Source: Candidatus Latescibacterota bacterium (GTDB taxonomy: Bacteria > Latescibacterota > UBA2968 > GCA-2709665). From it: a stretch of DNA of 64,000 nt. The translations under genes and the position numbers were made by a program. The notes beneath the pieces are model-generated. The model saw only the letters and a list, made by a program, of their open reading frames with translations. It was not told the DNA's origin and searched no databases. The stretch's first letter is position 1. Every line of letters begins with the position of its first letter. Below, piece after piece: positions 8,600 to 17,516 of the stretch. Location of the stretch: the NCBI GenBank assembly GCA_965219995.1, contig CBDCOX010000002.1, forward strand, positions 2,816,001 to 2,880,000, in the 5' to 3' direction.

Positions 8600-10912
8600 T
8601 CACGGTTTCGACTTCGGAACGGCCTTCTTTCCGTGCCTGGGAGACGCGCCGTGGCTGGCGCCTGCGGAGTTTCTCTTCCACAGCGCGACCTTTTCGAGAC
8701 TCTTCTTGTTTGGAACGATAATCTTGGGATTGCCGGACAGCGCCGTTTCCAGTTTTTCCCGCCAAAGCATGTTCCGCAAAACGCCCGGCGCGCTTCTGAC
8801 GGCTTTGGCTACCGTTGAAATGGCATCGGCCTCGGCGGCTGAGGTCTTCACTTTCCGATAGGCCTCGCCGTCGGCCTGCTGCACCTCCCACGCCGCGTTT
8901 CCGTGCGCCTGTGGCACCAGCGATACCAGGAAACGCTGAGCGTTTACGATGATGCGCTCCCTGTCCTCCTGCGCGCTGGAAACATCCCTGAAAGCGCTCA
9001 TGGTCTCCGCCACGGGGCTGACGTCCAGCAGGTTGATCTTGACGACTTCAACGGTTTTCAGCACCGGATTCGTGAAATGTACGTCCACGTCGAAGGAATC
9101 GGTGAGGTGCTCTTCAAGCGTTTCGCGATGCACGTTCAGCAGTTTCTCGAGGTCCCTCGCGGAAATGAAGGAGCGGATATGGGCCTTCATAACGTCGGCG
9201 ATGACCTTCTGTGGATCCCCGGTCCGATAATGGTAATTATACGGGTCCTTGACCCGATACTGGACGTTGACGGTCAGGGAAAGCAGGTTGAGGTCGCCCG
9301 AGACGTACTCTTCCGGCGTTTCGCACAGGATGGACTTCACTTCCCGTACCGGCCATTTGTCGACCTTGACGAAGGGCCAGGGGGCGAGATAGCTCAAGCC
9401 CGGCTGGATGTCACGCCAGTAGACTTCGCCCAAAAGCCTGCCGTAGCCTACCGAATTGGGAGGAATGGTTGTGAATCCGCTGGCCAGGAAAAGGACGAGC
9501 AGCAGCACCCAGAGCATCTTGCCCATGGGTGTTGCGGGAGTAATGATCCCCCTGAAGCTCCGGTTGCGGGTCAGACGCTCCCAGGCCTGGCGCCAGGGCT
9601 TCGACAGGGGCCGGATGTTCAACAGCAGGTCTTCCCACCCGCTGCGGAGCGCGCCCGCACGGAAACGCCAGACGATGAGCGCGATGAGAATGAGGCCTGA
9701 CCCCCACTGAAGGATCTGTATCGTCGGGGATTCCGAGGGGCCAAGGTACACCGGTATCGTAAAACCGGTGGCAATCAGCAGGGCGTCGATCAGAATACCG
9801 AGCGCCACCGTGACGGCGATGACCGCCGCGACGTATATGGTTGCGAAACGAGCGCCGAACTGGCTGACGATAATCGCGATCGTACCCGTATTGGTGGCCG
9901 GCCCGGTCATCAGAAAAATCAGCGCGGCGCCAGGGCTGAATCCCTTGGCGACGAGGGCCGCCGCGATCGGCGTGCTCGCGGATGCGCAGATATAGAGAGG
10001 GACGCCGACCAGCACCATCACGGGATAGGAGACCCAGCGGGCGTATTCGTTCGTCATCAGATCGCCCGGTATCACCAGAAAGAGCACGCCGCCCAGGGCC
10101 ACGCCAACCAGCAGCGCGAAGAGGATGTCGTCCGCAATCTCCACGAAACCGTAGTGAAAGACGTGCTTCACCAGCTTTTTGAAGTCCAGCGCCTGATCGT
10201 CTTCCGAGGGCGAGGCCTTTTCCGCCGCGGACGCCTCCACCGCGTCGCGGTAAAAGGCAGGCTTCACCCAGGAAAGGGACTTCCATCGCCCGGCCATGGT
10301 CGCAACGTTCTTCAGCCATTGCACGAAAAGGCCCTTCAGCCGCGAAAAGCTGACGTAGCAGTCGTCAGTTTCGGGAATGAGGGGTTCGTGCGAACCGTGG
10401 TCATGGTCGTGATCGTGGTCGTGCCCGTGATCATGGTCATGGTCATGCCCATGTCCGTCGTGGCTGTGGTCCGACGCGGTTTCTTCAGGGTCGTTGCGTA
10501 TCAGGCCGATACAGAAGATGCCGGCGACGACTGCCGTGATGAAACTGATGACCGGCCGGACGACCGCGGCGACGAATCCGAAGAAGGCGTTTGTGACCAG
10601 GATCGAGTCCGCCCCCGTCTCCGGAGCGGTTATCAGGAAAGACATGCAGGACGAACGGGACGCACCCTTCCGCCGCATCTCGGCGACCACGGGGACAACG
10701 GAACAACTGCACAAAGGCACGGGTACGCCGACGGCCGAACTCACCGCAACGGATTTCAGGCTGTCGTCCTTGAGCCACCGGAGGATGGCCTCACGGGAGA
10801 TGAATACATGGATGACGCCCGACAGGAACAGGCCCAGCAGCAGCATGGGCGCCAGCAACAGGGACGACATCCAGAGAAAGTCGAAAAAACTGATCAGGGT
10901 CTGCTGTACCAC
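8600..10912 (-). CDS. SO_0444/DUF318 (ArsP-like) metal permease fused to a C-terminal HflK-like SPFH domain
   Basis: N-half: GVPVPLCSCSVVP, FLITAPETG.DS, a loop with 13 His, PLYICASASTP, GPATN. C-half (about 9517-8600): TM, PGLSYLAPWP, SGDLNLL..VNVQYRV, AFRDVSSAQED, VPQAHG.A. GGAGG RBS before the GTG start. Confidence 0.85.
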   Translation of the reverse strand: MVQQTLISFFDFLWMSSLLLAPMLLLGLFLSGVIHVFISREAILRWLKDDSLKSVAVSSAVGVPVPLCSCSVVPVVAEMRRKGASRSSCMSFLITAPETGADSILVTNAFFGFVAAVVRPVISFITAVVAGIFCIGLIRNDPEETASDHSHDGHGHDHDHDHGHDHDHDHDHGSHEPLIPETDDCYVSFSRLKGLFVQWLKNVATMAGRWKSLSWVKPAFYRDAVEASAAEKASPSEDDQALDFKKLVKHVFHYGFVEIADDILFALLVGVALGGVLFLVIPGDLMTNEYARWVSYPVMVLVGVPLYICASASTPIAAALVAKGFSPGAALIFLMTGPATNTGTIAIIVSQFGARFATIYVAAVIAVTVALGILIDALLIATGFTIPVYLGPSESPTIQILQWGSGLILIALIVWRFRAGALRSGWEDLLLNIRPLSKPWRQAWERLTRNRSFRGIITPATPMGKMLWVLLLVLFLASGFTTIPPNSVGYGRLLGEVYWRDIQPGLSYLAPWPFVKVDKWPVREVKSILCETPEEYVSGDLNLLSLTVNVQYRVKDPYNYHYRTGDPQKVIADVMKAHIRSFISARDLEKLLNVHRETLEEHLTDSFDVDVHFTNPVLKTVEVVKINLLDVSPVAETMSAFRDVSSAQEDRERIIVNAQRFLVSLVPQAHGNAAWEVQQADGEAYRKVKTSAAEADAISTVAKAVRSAPGVLRNMLWREKLETALSGNPKIIVPNKKSLEKVALWKRNSAGASHGASPRHGKKAVPKSKP

Positions 10913-11070
10913 GCAATCGCCTCCACCGCATTGGGTGATGCAAGGGGACGCCTGGCAGGCGTTTCGGAAACCGGGAACGGGAGGCGCCGATCACAACGAC
11001 ACGCGAGCAGCTTCGTCGACAGGCCCGTTCACTGATGAAAAAGCCCGCTCCCCTTCAGGGAACAGGGCGG

Positions 11071-11101
11071 CAATAATAGTGATTATTGAATGTCAAGTCA
11101 A
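11071..11101 (-). promoter_or_regulatory. Sigma70-like promoter (TTGACT-17-TATTAT) overlapped by the palindrome CAATAAT-agtg-ATTATTG
   Basis: -35 at 11101-11096, -10 at 11078-11073, perfect 7-4-7 inverted repeat at 11071-11088, upstream of the permease-SPFH operon. Confidence 0.6.
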
Positions 11102-11168
11102 GGGCTACGTAGGTTATTATGTGCGTATTATTAATATAGTATATTTCGTCGCCGCTGCAAGGGAAGAT

Positions 11169-11360
11169 ATGCATATGGACGCACTCCGGTTTGTCAGGTC
11201 CGGCGGTCCATCGGCGGAAGGCCGCTCACGGTGTTATGCGACCATTCAGGCTGCCCTCGATGACCGGAGCGGGAGCGATACTCTGACATTGGCACAGGGT
11301 CCGTTTCACGGTCCGCCAGACACGGGGTCGCAGCCGGCCCGGCTCGTACTTCTGACATAG
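11169..11360 (+). pseudogene. Probable relic N-terminus of a parallel beta-helix protein
   Basis: The short ORF contains YATIQAALD...SDTLTLAQGPF, resembling the Y.TIQ.AID.A..GD.I.V..G.Y lead-in motif, and stops after 63 codons. Confidence 0.4.
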
Positions 11361-12142
11361 CGCGGTCGGTTGTGTATCGGGCGGAACCCGACCCTGCCAT
11401 ATACCCTTTCGGCAACGCTTCCGGCCGCCACTTCAAGTCCGGTCCATCGATTGCCCATCTCCCGGGAGTCCGCGACCGCACGCGCGGTCAAACCGGACGC
11501 CACGCCCCTGCGGCGGTATTCCGGCAGCGTGCCGACGAAGTCCACGCAACCCACGCCGTATTCCGTGTAGAGCAAGGCGGTTCCCGCCGGCTTTCCATCC
11601 ACGGTTGCGAGGTAGAGCCGTACTGCGGGAATGTCGAGCACCCTTCGGCCCAGTACGCCTACGTCGGCCGGAAAATCGAAGCTGCGGCACATGGTGTCCG
11701 CCCAGATTCCGTACCGGCCCGGTACCGGTTCTTCGATCCGAACGGATTCCGGAACGACGGGCTGTGCTGCCCGGTCGCAACGCATCGCCACGGCCTGCAT
11801 GGCAAGACTGAAACCGCGTCGTTCCAGACGTTCGGCAAGATCTGAGGGCCGGTCCAGGGGCGACAGGGTAAACGCGCATTCAAAGTCCCTCTCCCGGAAG
11901 TAGTCAAGGGCGCTGTCGATCAATGTATCCACCCCCGTCTCCGGCACGTCTATCTGTACGACACGATGCAGCATGGGCACTTTGACGTCATCGTGGCTGA
12001 ACGCAGTGGCCCCTCCCAGGTCGTGGCTGTCGCACCAGCGTGCACGGAAGCCGACCCAGAGTCTTTCGAAAATTTCCGTGAACCGGTCAGGCACGGGACT
12101 TGAAACCCTCCGGGAATCTGTTACGTTTCGTGGCGCCGGCAC
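11306..12142 (-). CDS. GNAT family acetyltransferase
   Basis: VGTLPEYRRRGVASGL acetyl-CoA motif and VYGRVGF. Start position uncertain. Confidence 0.85.
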   Translation of the reverse strand: MPAPRNVTDSRRVSSPVPDRFTEIFERLWVGFRARWCDSHDLGGATAFSHDDVKVPMLHRVVQIDVPETGVDTLIDSALDYFRERDFECAFTLSPLDRPSDLAERLERRGFSLAMQAVAMRCDRAAQPVVPESVRIEEPVPGRYGIWADTMCRSFDFPADVGVLGRRVLDIPAVRLYLATVDGKPAGTALLYTEYGVGCVDFVGTLPEYRRRGVASGLTARAVADSREMGNRWTGLEVAAGSVAERVYGRVGFRPIHNRPRYVRSTSRAGCDPVSGGP

Positions 12143-12374
12143 AATCGTGATGGCTTGCTCTCGATTGACTACCTGTCGAATTCAAACCGGACGTCCTTTG
12201 CGTTCGCCTGCCACATTTGTATATTGTCTTGCCTCTGGAAGCGGGTTGGCCAGCCGGGAATTGCAACTTCCCGCCCTGTGTTCCGTCTTAATGGTCGTAT
12301 CGGACGATCGGTCCGCCGTGGCGGACGACTTCGCCGGCTCCTTATAACATCTGCGGAAAACGAGGTCTTGCAAA

Positions 12375-13364
12375 ATGAGGTTTATCGTAACCGGCAGCAA
12401 CGGCTTCATCGGCCAGAATTCATGCCGCCGCCTGGCCGCACTTGGACACGAAGTCATCGGTGTGGACGATCTGTCTTCCGGGACCCCTCCCAACGGCGTG
12501 AACGGCGTACATTACCACAACCGCAGCGTCGTGGATGCGGATTGGCTCGTGGGACTCCTGAAAGACACGGTCCCGGACGCGGTCCTTCACCTGGCGGCAA
12601 AGCCGAGGGTCCCGTATTCGGTGCGGAATCCGCTGCGCAGCGCCGAGGCGAACGCGATGGGAACGCTGTCTGTTCTCAGCGGGATTCTAAAGGCTGAACT
12701 GGCAGAGAAAACCCGGCTGGTTTTCGCCAGCAGCAGCGCGGTTTTCGGCGACGCGACGGCCCTCCCGACCCCGGAGACATACCCCTCGAATCCACAGTCG
12801 CCGTACGCGCTGGCAAAGCTTCAGGGCGAGCAGTGGTGCGACCTGTTTCATCGATTGTACGGCCTGGACGTGGTGAGCCTGCGGTATTTCAATGTGTTCG
12901 GACCCGGCGCGCTGTACGGGGGCGCCTATTCCACGGTCCTGTCGGCCTGGCCCTACCATCTCTTCGTAGATCCTTCCAACCGGCCCTTCCTGGAGGGCGA
13001 CGGAACCCAGACACGGGACTTCTGCTTTGTCGACAACGTCGTCGAGGCGAATATCGCCGCGGCCACCCGGGAACGCGGCTTCGCGGCGGACGTTCTGAAC
13101 GTGGGACAGGGCGAGGCCCACACCCTGCTTGAGGTCAAGGGAATTCTGGAGGAAGTTGCCGGCAGGAAGCTCAATCTTGAACGCCGGCCGCCCCGTGTTG
13201 GCGACGTTGCCCACACCCTGGCCGACATCAGGCGCACGCGGTTGGAACTCGGGTTCGAACCGTCGACCGACTTCACCACCCAGGTCGAACGAACGGCGAT
13301 ATGGTTCCGTGACTGTTATCCGAAGGGGCGTTCGAAAGGTCAGCGTGGCAAGGGGAGCGGATGA
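12375..13364 (+). CDS. NAD-dependent epimerase/dehydratase (UDP-sugar 4-epimerase-like)
   Basis: VTGSNGFIG, ASSSAVFG, SPYALAK (YxxxK), LRYFNVFGP and GDGTQTRDF. Confidence 0.92.
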   Translation: MRFIVTGSNGFIGQNSCRRLAALGHEVIGVDDLSSGTPPNGVNGVHYHNRSVVDADWLVGLLKDTVPDAVLHLAAKPRVPYSVRNPLRSAEANAMGTLSVLSGILKAELAEKTRLVFASSSAVFGDATALPTPETYPSNPQSPYALAKLQGEQWCDLFHRLYGLDVVSLRYFNVFGPGALYGGAYSTVLSAWPYHLFVDPSNRPFLEGDGTQTRDFCFVDNVVEANIAAATRERGFAADVLNVGQGEAHTLLEVKGILEEVAGRKLNLERRPPRVGDVAHTLADIRRTRLELGFEPSTDFTTQVERTAIWFRDCYPKGRSKGQRGKGSG

Positions 13365-13414
13365 AGTCGCCGCGATCGCCTGAAAGTGGAAACCAGAAGC
13401 TCGGGCTGGAAGAT

Positions 13415-13491
13415 TGGTGGGCGATACTGGATTCGAACCAGTGACCTCCTGCTTGTAAGGCAGGCGCTCTAACCGGCTGAGCTAACCGCCC
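13415..13491 (-). tRNA. tRNA-Val(TAC)
   Basis: Reverse complement reads GGGCGGTTAGCTCAGCCGGTTAGAGCGCCTGCCTTACAAGCAGGAGGTCACTGGTTCGAATCCAGTATCGCCCACCA: cloverleaf, TAC anticodon, encoded CCA. Confidence 0.97.
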
Positions 13492-13793
13492 ACGGACTTG
13501 CCGGACGCCTCGTCGGGCGGTTTTCTCGATTCGCCCAGCAGCAGGCCGAGCGGGATCAGCACGCAATAGCCGATTACCAGCAGAATGGGCGCAAGCGTGA
13601 GTGACAGGAAACCGTCGACCGGGGGTTGGGACAGGCAAAGGTAACCAATCAGTATTGTCAGTACCCCCGCCCCCAGGAAGGTCCAGTTCCTGCGGGTATA
13701 TGGCAGCGGACTCCCGGCCGGCTCCCGCCGCTGTGTCTGAGCCCTGCGTCCGGTGCGGCCGCGAGGGCGTCGTCCTGGATTGCGCGTCGGCAT
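13482..13793 (-). CDS. Small 2-TM membrane protein (DUF3098-like)
   Basis: LPYTRRNW.FLGAG...IGY...GFLSLTLAPILLVIGY pattern; directly downstream of rplS. Confidence 0.65.
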   Translation of the reverse strand: MPTRNPGRRPRGRTGRRAQTQRREPAGSPLPYTRRNWTFLGAGVLTILIGYLCLSQPPVDGFLSLTLAPILLVIGYCVLIPLGLLLGESRKPPDEASGKSVGG

Positions 13794-13814
13794 CCGATTA
13801 ACCCGTGTGGTCGA

Positions 13815-14168
13815 TTACGTGGCTCGTTTCTCCGCAATCCTCGCGGCCCGGCCCTGCAGCTCGCGCAGGTAGGTAATGCGGTTCCTGCGGACCTTACCGC
13901 TACGAATCCGCTCGACTTTCGCAACCCGCGGTGAGTGGAGTGGGAAAATCCTTTCAACGCCCACACCGCCCACCACCATCTTTCGTACGGTAAAGGTCTC
14001 GTGGATCCCGTGGCCCCGACGCTGGATCACCACGCCTTCGAACAACTGCGTGCGCTCCTTCTCGCCTTCCACCACCCGCACGTGCACCCGCACGGTGTCC
14101 CCGGCCCCGAATGCCGGCACGTCGGACTTGATCTGTTCCTCCGATAACGATCTCAACAACGCATCCAT
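13815..14168 (-). CDS. rplS: 50S ribosomal protein L19
   Basis: [26 protein letters not shown] and GVERIFP. Start re-set to MDALL behind an AGGAG RBS. Confidence 0.97.
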   Translation of the reverse strand: MDALLRSLSEEQIKSDVPAFGAGDTVRVHVRVVEGEKERTQLFEGVVIQRRGHGIHETFTVRKMVVGGVGVERIFPLHSPRVAKVERIRSGKVRRNRITYLRELQGRAARIAEKRAT

Positions 14169-14257
14169 GGCAACACTCCTGAAACGATGAAATTCGCCTG
14201 TCGAAAACCTGACGCCGGTATCCATTCTGAATGCGCGGCGGAAACCCTGCCAGGGGA

Positions 14258-15004
14258 TTATCTCCCGTGCCCGCCGGCATTGTGGCCTCCTGCGCCGGAA
14301 CTTTCGTCTGACACTCTGACATTGTAAAGGTCCGGGCGCCGTTTCCGGGTCCGTTCTACCGCCGCGTCGTGCCGCCATCTGGCAATCTGCCGATGGTCGC
14401 CGCTCAACAGAACATCCGGAACCCGCAGCCCTTCGAACTCCCTCGGCCTCGTATACCACGGGCAATCCAGAAGTCCGTTCTGAAACGAATCCTCCAGAGC
14501 GGATTCCGCATCTCCCATCGACCCCGGGATCAGTCGAACGATCGCATCCGTCAACGCCAGCGCGGGCAATTCGCCGCCGCTCAAGACGTAATCGCCAACA
14601 GATATCTCTTCGGTCACGTACAGTTCGCGAACGCGTTCGTCGATACCCCGGTACCGTCCGCACAAAAACACCAGATTCGGCGCAAGGGATAGCCGGTTCA
14701 CCGTCTTCTGATCCAGCCGCTTCCCCTCCGGCGTCAGAAAAATCACGTGCCCCAGGGGCCGCCCGGCCTCCTGAATGGCCCCCAGCGCTCGCGCGATCGG
14801 TCCCGCCATGTACACCATGCCCGCGCCGCCGCCGTAGGGCGTGTCGTCCACCGTACGATGTGCGTCGTCGGCAAAATCCCGCAGATCGTGCGCAACGACC
14901 TTAACCAGACCCGACCGGATCGCACGACCCGTAATGCCGTACGTAACGACGTCGCGGATCAAATCCGGAAAAATGGTGAGGAAGTCGATATGCATTGGTC
15001 GCAT
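14258..15004 (-). CDS. trmD: tRNA (guanine-N1)-methyltransferase
   Basis: [34 protein letters not shown] and YTRP. Confidence 0.97.
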   Translation of the reverse strand: MRPMHIDFLTIFPDLIRDVVTYGITGRAIRSGLVKVVAHDLRDFADDAHRTVDDTPYGGGAGMVYMAGPIARALGAIQEAGRPLGHVIFLTPEGKRLDQKTVNRLSLAPNLVFLCGRYRGIDERVRELYVTEEISVGDYVLSGGELPALALTDAIVRLIPGSMGDAESALEDSFQNGLLDCPWYTRPREFEGLRVPDVLLSGDHRQIARWRHDAAVERTRKRRPDLYNVRVSDESSGAGGHNAGGHGR

Positions 15005-15024
15005 CGCGGCGGCTCGCGCGTACT

Positions 15025-15555
15025 TTAATTGAGGAGTCCTTCCACGTTCTTCACGACCAGACGCCCGCCCGCCAGATCGACCCGAACCAGGTCCCTTGCG
15101 GCGGGTACCAGAACCTCCGTCCCATCTTCCCTGCTGATCACGTACAGATCGTTTCCCGGGTGGGAAATGACATCCTTCACATTTCCGATTTTCGCGCCTG
15201 CTTCCGTCTCCGCATTCAGCCCCACGATCTCAAACACGTAGAACGTGTCTTCAGGAAGCCGATACACCTGGTCGGCGGAGACCAGCAACTCGCTTCCCCG
15301 CAACGGCGCGACCGCCTCGGGCGTATCGATACCCGCGAACTTGATGGCCATCCGCCGCCCGTAGGTCCGCACATGATCGATCCCGAGTGTCAACCGACTC
15401 CCATCGGGTTTTTGGAGCAGGGATTCGGCGAGTTCCTGAAACCGTTCCGGAAAATCCGTCAGGGGATGCAGAAACGCCTCGCCCCCGAGGCCCCTCGGTT
15501 TCAGAACCCTGCCGATGGCGACGAATCGTCCCCCGCCTGCCGGATTCCTGGACAA
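15025..15555 (-). CDS. rimM: 16S rRNA processing protein RimM
   Basis: IGRVLKPRGLGGE, TDFPERF and NDLYVI; position in the rpsP-rimM-trmD-rplS operon. Confidence 0.93.
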   Translation of the reverse strand: MSRNPAGGGRFVAIGRVLKPRGLGGEAFLHPLTDFPERFQELAESLLQKPDGSRLTLGIDHVRTYGRRMAIKFAGIDTPEAVAPLRGSELLVSADQVYRLPEDTFYVFEIVGLNAETEAGAKIGNVKDVISHPGNDLYVISREDGTEVLVPAARDLVRVDLAGGRLVVKNVEGLLN

Positions 15556-15558
15556 GGA

Positions 15559-15864
15559 CTACTCCTCGACTTCAGGATCCACGCCGTCCGTCTCGTCCGA
15601 ATCCGCCGCGGACCCGTCGCCTTCGTCCAGAATCCCCTGCTGTCGAAACAGGCTCATCACGGTTCCTGACGGCACTGCGCCCAGGTCCAGCCAGTGGCGC
15701 GCCCGCTCGGCATTCAAGCTCACGATCTGCGGACTCTCCGTTGGATCGTAATACCCCAGGCTTTCAATGAACCGACCGTCCCTGGGGGACCGGCTGTCCG
15801 CGACCACGACCCTGTAAAACGGCGCGTTCCTTGCGCCCTTGCGGGTCAATCGAATCCTTACCAA
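15559..15864 (-). CDS. rpsP: 30S ribosomal protein S16
   Basis: VRIRLTR.G....[26 protein letters not shown]; TTG start behind GGAGG. Confidence 0.96.
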   Translation of the reverse strand: MVRIRLTRKGARNAPFYRVVVADSRSPRDGRFIESLGYYDPTESPQIVSLNAERARHWLDLGAVPSGTVMSLFRQQGILDEGDGSAADSDETDGVDPEVEE

Positions 15865-15931
15865 AATCCATCCTCCCGATCTGAGAACCAACTGCCCGAG
15901 TTCTTTTGCTTTGTGGATCACTGTCTGCACT

Positions 15932-17260
15932 TCATCCCGAAAACGGCACCCCAGCCCCGCGGCCGTTCTTCTCCATCCGCGTCATCCGTTTCATCATCTT
16001 GCGCATCATCCCGAACTGCTTGATCAGCCTGTTGACTTCCTGGATGCTGCACCCGCTCCCCTTTGCAATGCGCCGGCGCCTGCTGCCGTTCAGAATCCGG
16101 GGACTTGCCCGTTCCTGCTTCGTCATCGACAGGATGATCGCTTCCGTATGCGCGAACGCGTCTTCATCCACCTGCATGCCCTTCATTGCCTTTCCGGCGC
16201 CTGGAATAAGGTCCATCAACTGGTTCAACGGTCCCATCCTGCGAACCTGGTCCAGTTGCTGTAGAAAGTCATCGAACGTAAATGCGGCGTTCCGAAGCTT
16301 TTTCTCCAGCTTCTCCGCCTGTTTCACATCCACAGCGTCCTGAGCACGTTCCACCAGCGTCACCACGTCGCCCATACCCAGAATCCGGGACGCCATCCGA
16401 TCCGGATGGAACGGCTCGATTCCTTCCATCTTTTCGCTGACGCCCGCGTACTTGATGGGCACGCCCGTGACTTCACGAATGGATAGCGCCGCACCACCCC
16501 GCGTATCGCTATCGAGACGCGTGAGTACCACTCCCGTAAATGTGAGCTGCTCGTAAAACGCCGTCGCCGCCGAGACCGCGTCCTGCCCCGTCATCCCGTC
16601 CGCCACAAACAGAATCTCACCCGGCGAGACCGTATCGCTTATTCGCTTCAACTCCCCCATCCGGTCGTCGTCCACGTGCAGGCGGCCGGCCGTATCCAGA
16701 ATCACCGGGTCCATCCCGTCCGCCCGCGCCGCGCCCAGGGCATCGGCGCAAATCACCACCGGATCGGTCCCCCCCGCCGCGGTGTGGACGGGAACGTCTA
16801 TCGACGCACCGAGTACGCATAGCTGGTCGATCGCGGCGGGCCGGTATACGTCGGCGGCCACGAGAAGCGGCCGCCTTCCCTTCGCTTTCAGGAGCCGGGC
16901 GAGCTTGGCGCACAGCGTTGTCTTGCCCGACCCCTGGAGACCGACAACCATGACCACGTTGGGCGCCGGTCCGGGCAGATTCAACTCCTGATGCTCGTCT
17001 CCCAGGAGGTGGATCAGCTCATCGTGCACGACCTTGACGACCTGCTGGCCGGGTGTTATGCTCCGCAAGACCTCCCGTCCAATCGCCCGCTCCCGGACTC
17101 GGGCGATAAACGTCCTCGCGACCTTATAGTTGACGTCCGCCTCCAGAAGGGCGCGACGTACGTCTCTCAGCGCTTCGTCGATATCGGCTTCGGCCAGCAT
17201 GCCGCGGCCGCGAAGCTTCCTGAAAACCCCTTCGAGCTTTTGAGTGAGATGATCGAACAT
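15932..17260 (-). CDS. ffh: Signal recognition particle protein Ffh
   Basis: [28 protein letters not shown] and [15 protein letters not shown]; M domain. Start at MFDHL. Confidence 0.97.
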   Translation of the reverse strand: MFDHLTQKLEGVFRKLRGRGMLAEADIDEALRDVRRALLEADVNYKVARTFIARVRERAIGREVLRSITPGQQVVKVVHDELIHLLGDEHQELNLPGPAPNVVMVVGLQGSGKTTLCAKLARLLKAKGRRPLLVAADVYRPAAIDQLCVLGASIDVPVHTAAGGTDPVVICADALGAARADGMDPVILDTAGRLHVDDDRMGELKRISDTVSPGEILFVADGMTGQDAVSAATAFYEQLTFTGVVLTRLDSDTRGGAALSIREVTGVPIKYAGVSEKMEGIEPFHPDRMASRILGMGDVVTLVERAQDAVDVKQAEKLEKKLRNAAFTFDDFLQQLDQVRRMGPLNQLMDLIPGAGKAMKGMQVDEDAFAHTEAIILSMTKQERASPRILNGSRRRRIAKGSGCSIQEVNRLIKQFGMMRKMMKRMTRMEKNGRGAGVPFSG

Positions 17261-17304
17261 GGGGCGAACCTGACGTTCATTCTCAAATGGGACGCAAAAC
17301 TCTA

Positions 17305-17333
17305 AAAATACGGGAAGACAGGTTTTTACGCAA
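17305..17333 (-). promoter_or_regulatory. Possible sigma70 promoter for ffh (TTGCGT-17-TATTTT)
   Basis: Correct spacing in an AT-rich patch about 45 nt upstream of the ffh start. Confidence 0.4.
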
Positions 17334-17516
17334 CAAAAAACGCCAGAATCGAGCCTTGCGGAGAGCCGGCCAAAATGCCGAATCAACCCGCGGTCTCCAG
17401 CCGAGGTACGCCCTGGAGTCGAGTACGCATCACGGGAACGACGTTGTGGTCCGTCCCGCTGGCCCGGCTTTCCCGGTGTTCGCCCGATTAACGGACCGCT
17501 GGAGCCCGCTGTTGTT

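Noticed and set aside
1-13414. Genomic island integrated at tRNA-Val
   Set aside because: No integrase and no duplicated tRNA 3' end seen in the window. It cannot be excluded beyond the left edge.
17261-17516. SRP RNA (ffs) next to ffh
   Set aside because: The conserved CAGG..GGAA..AGCAG domain IV motif was not found on either strand.
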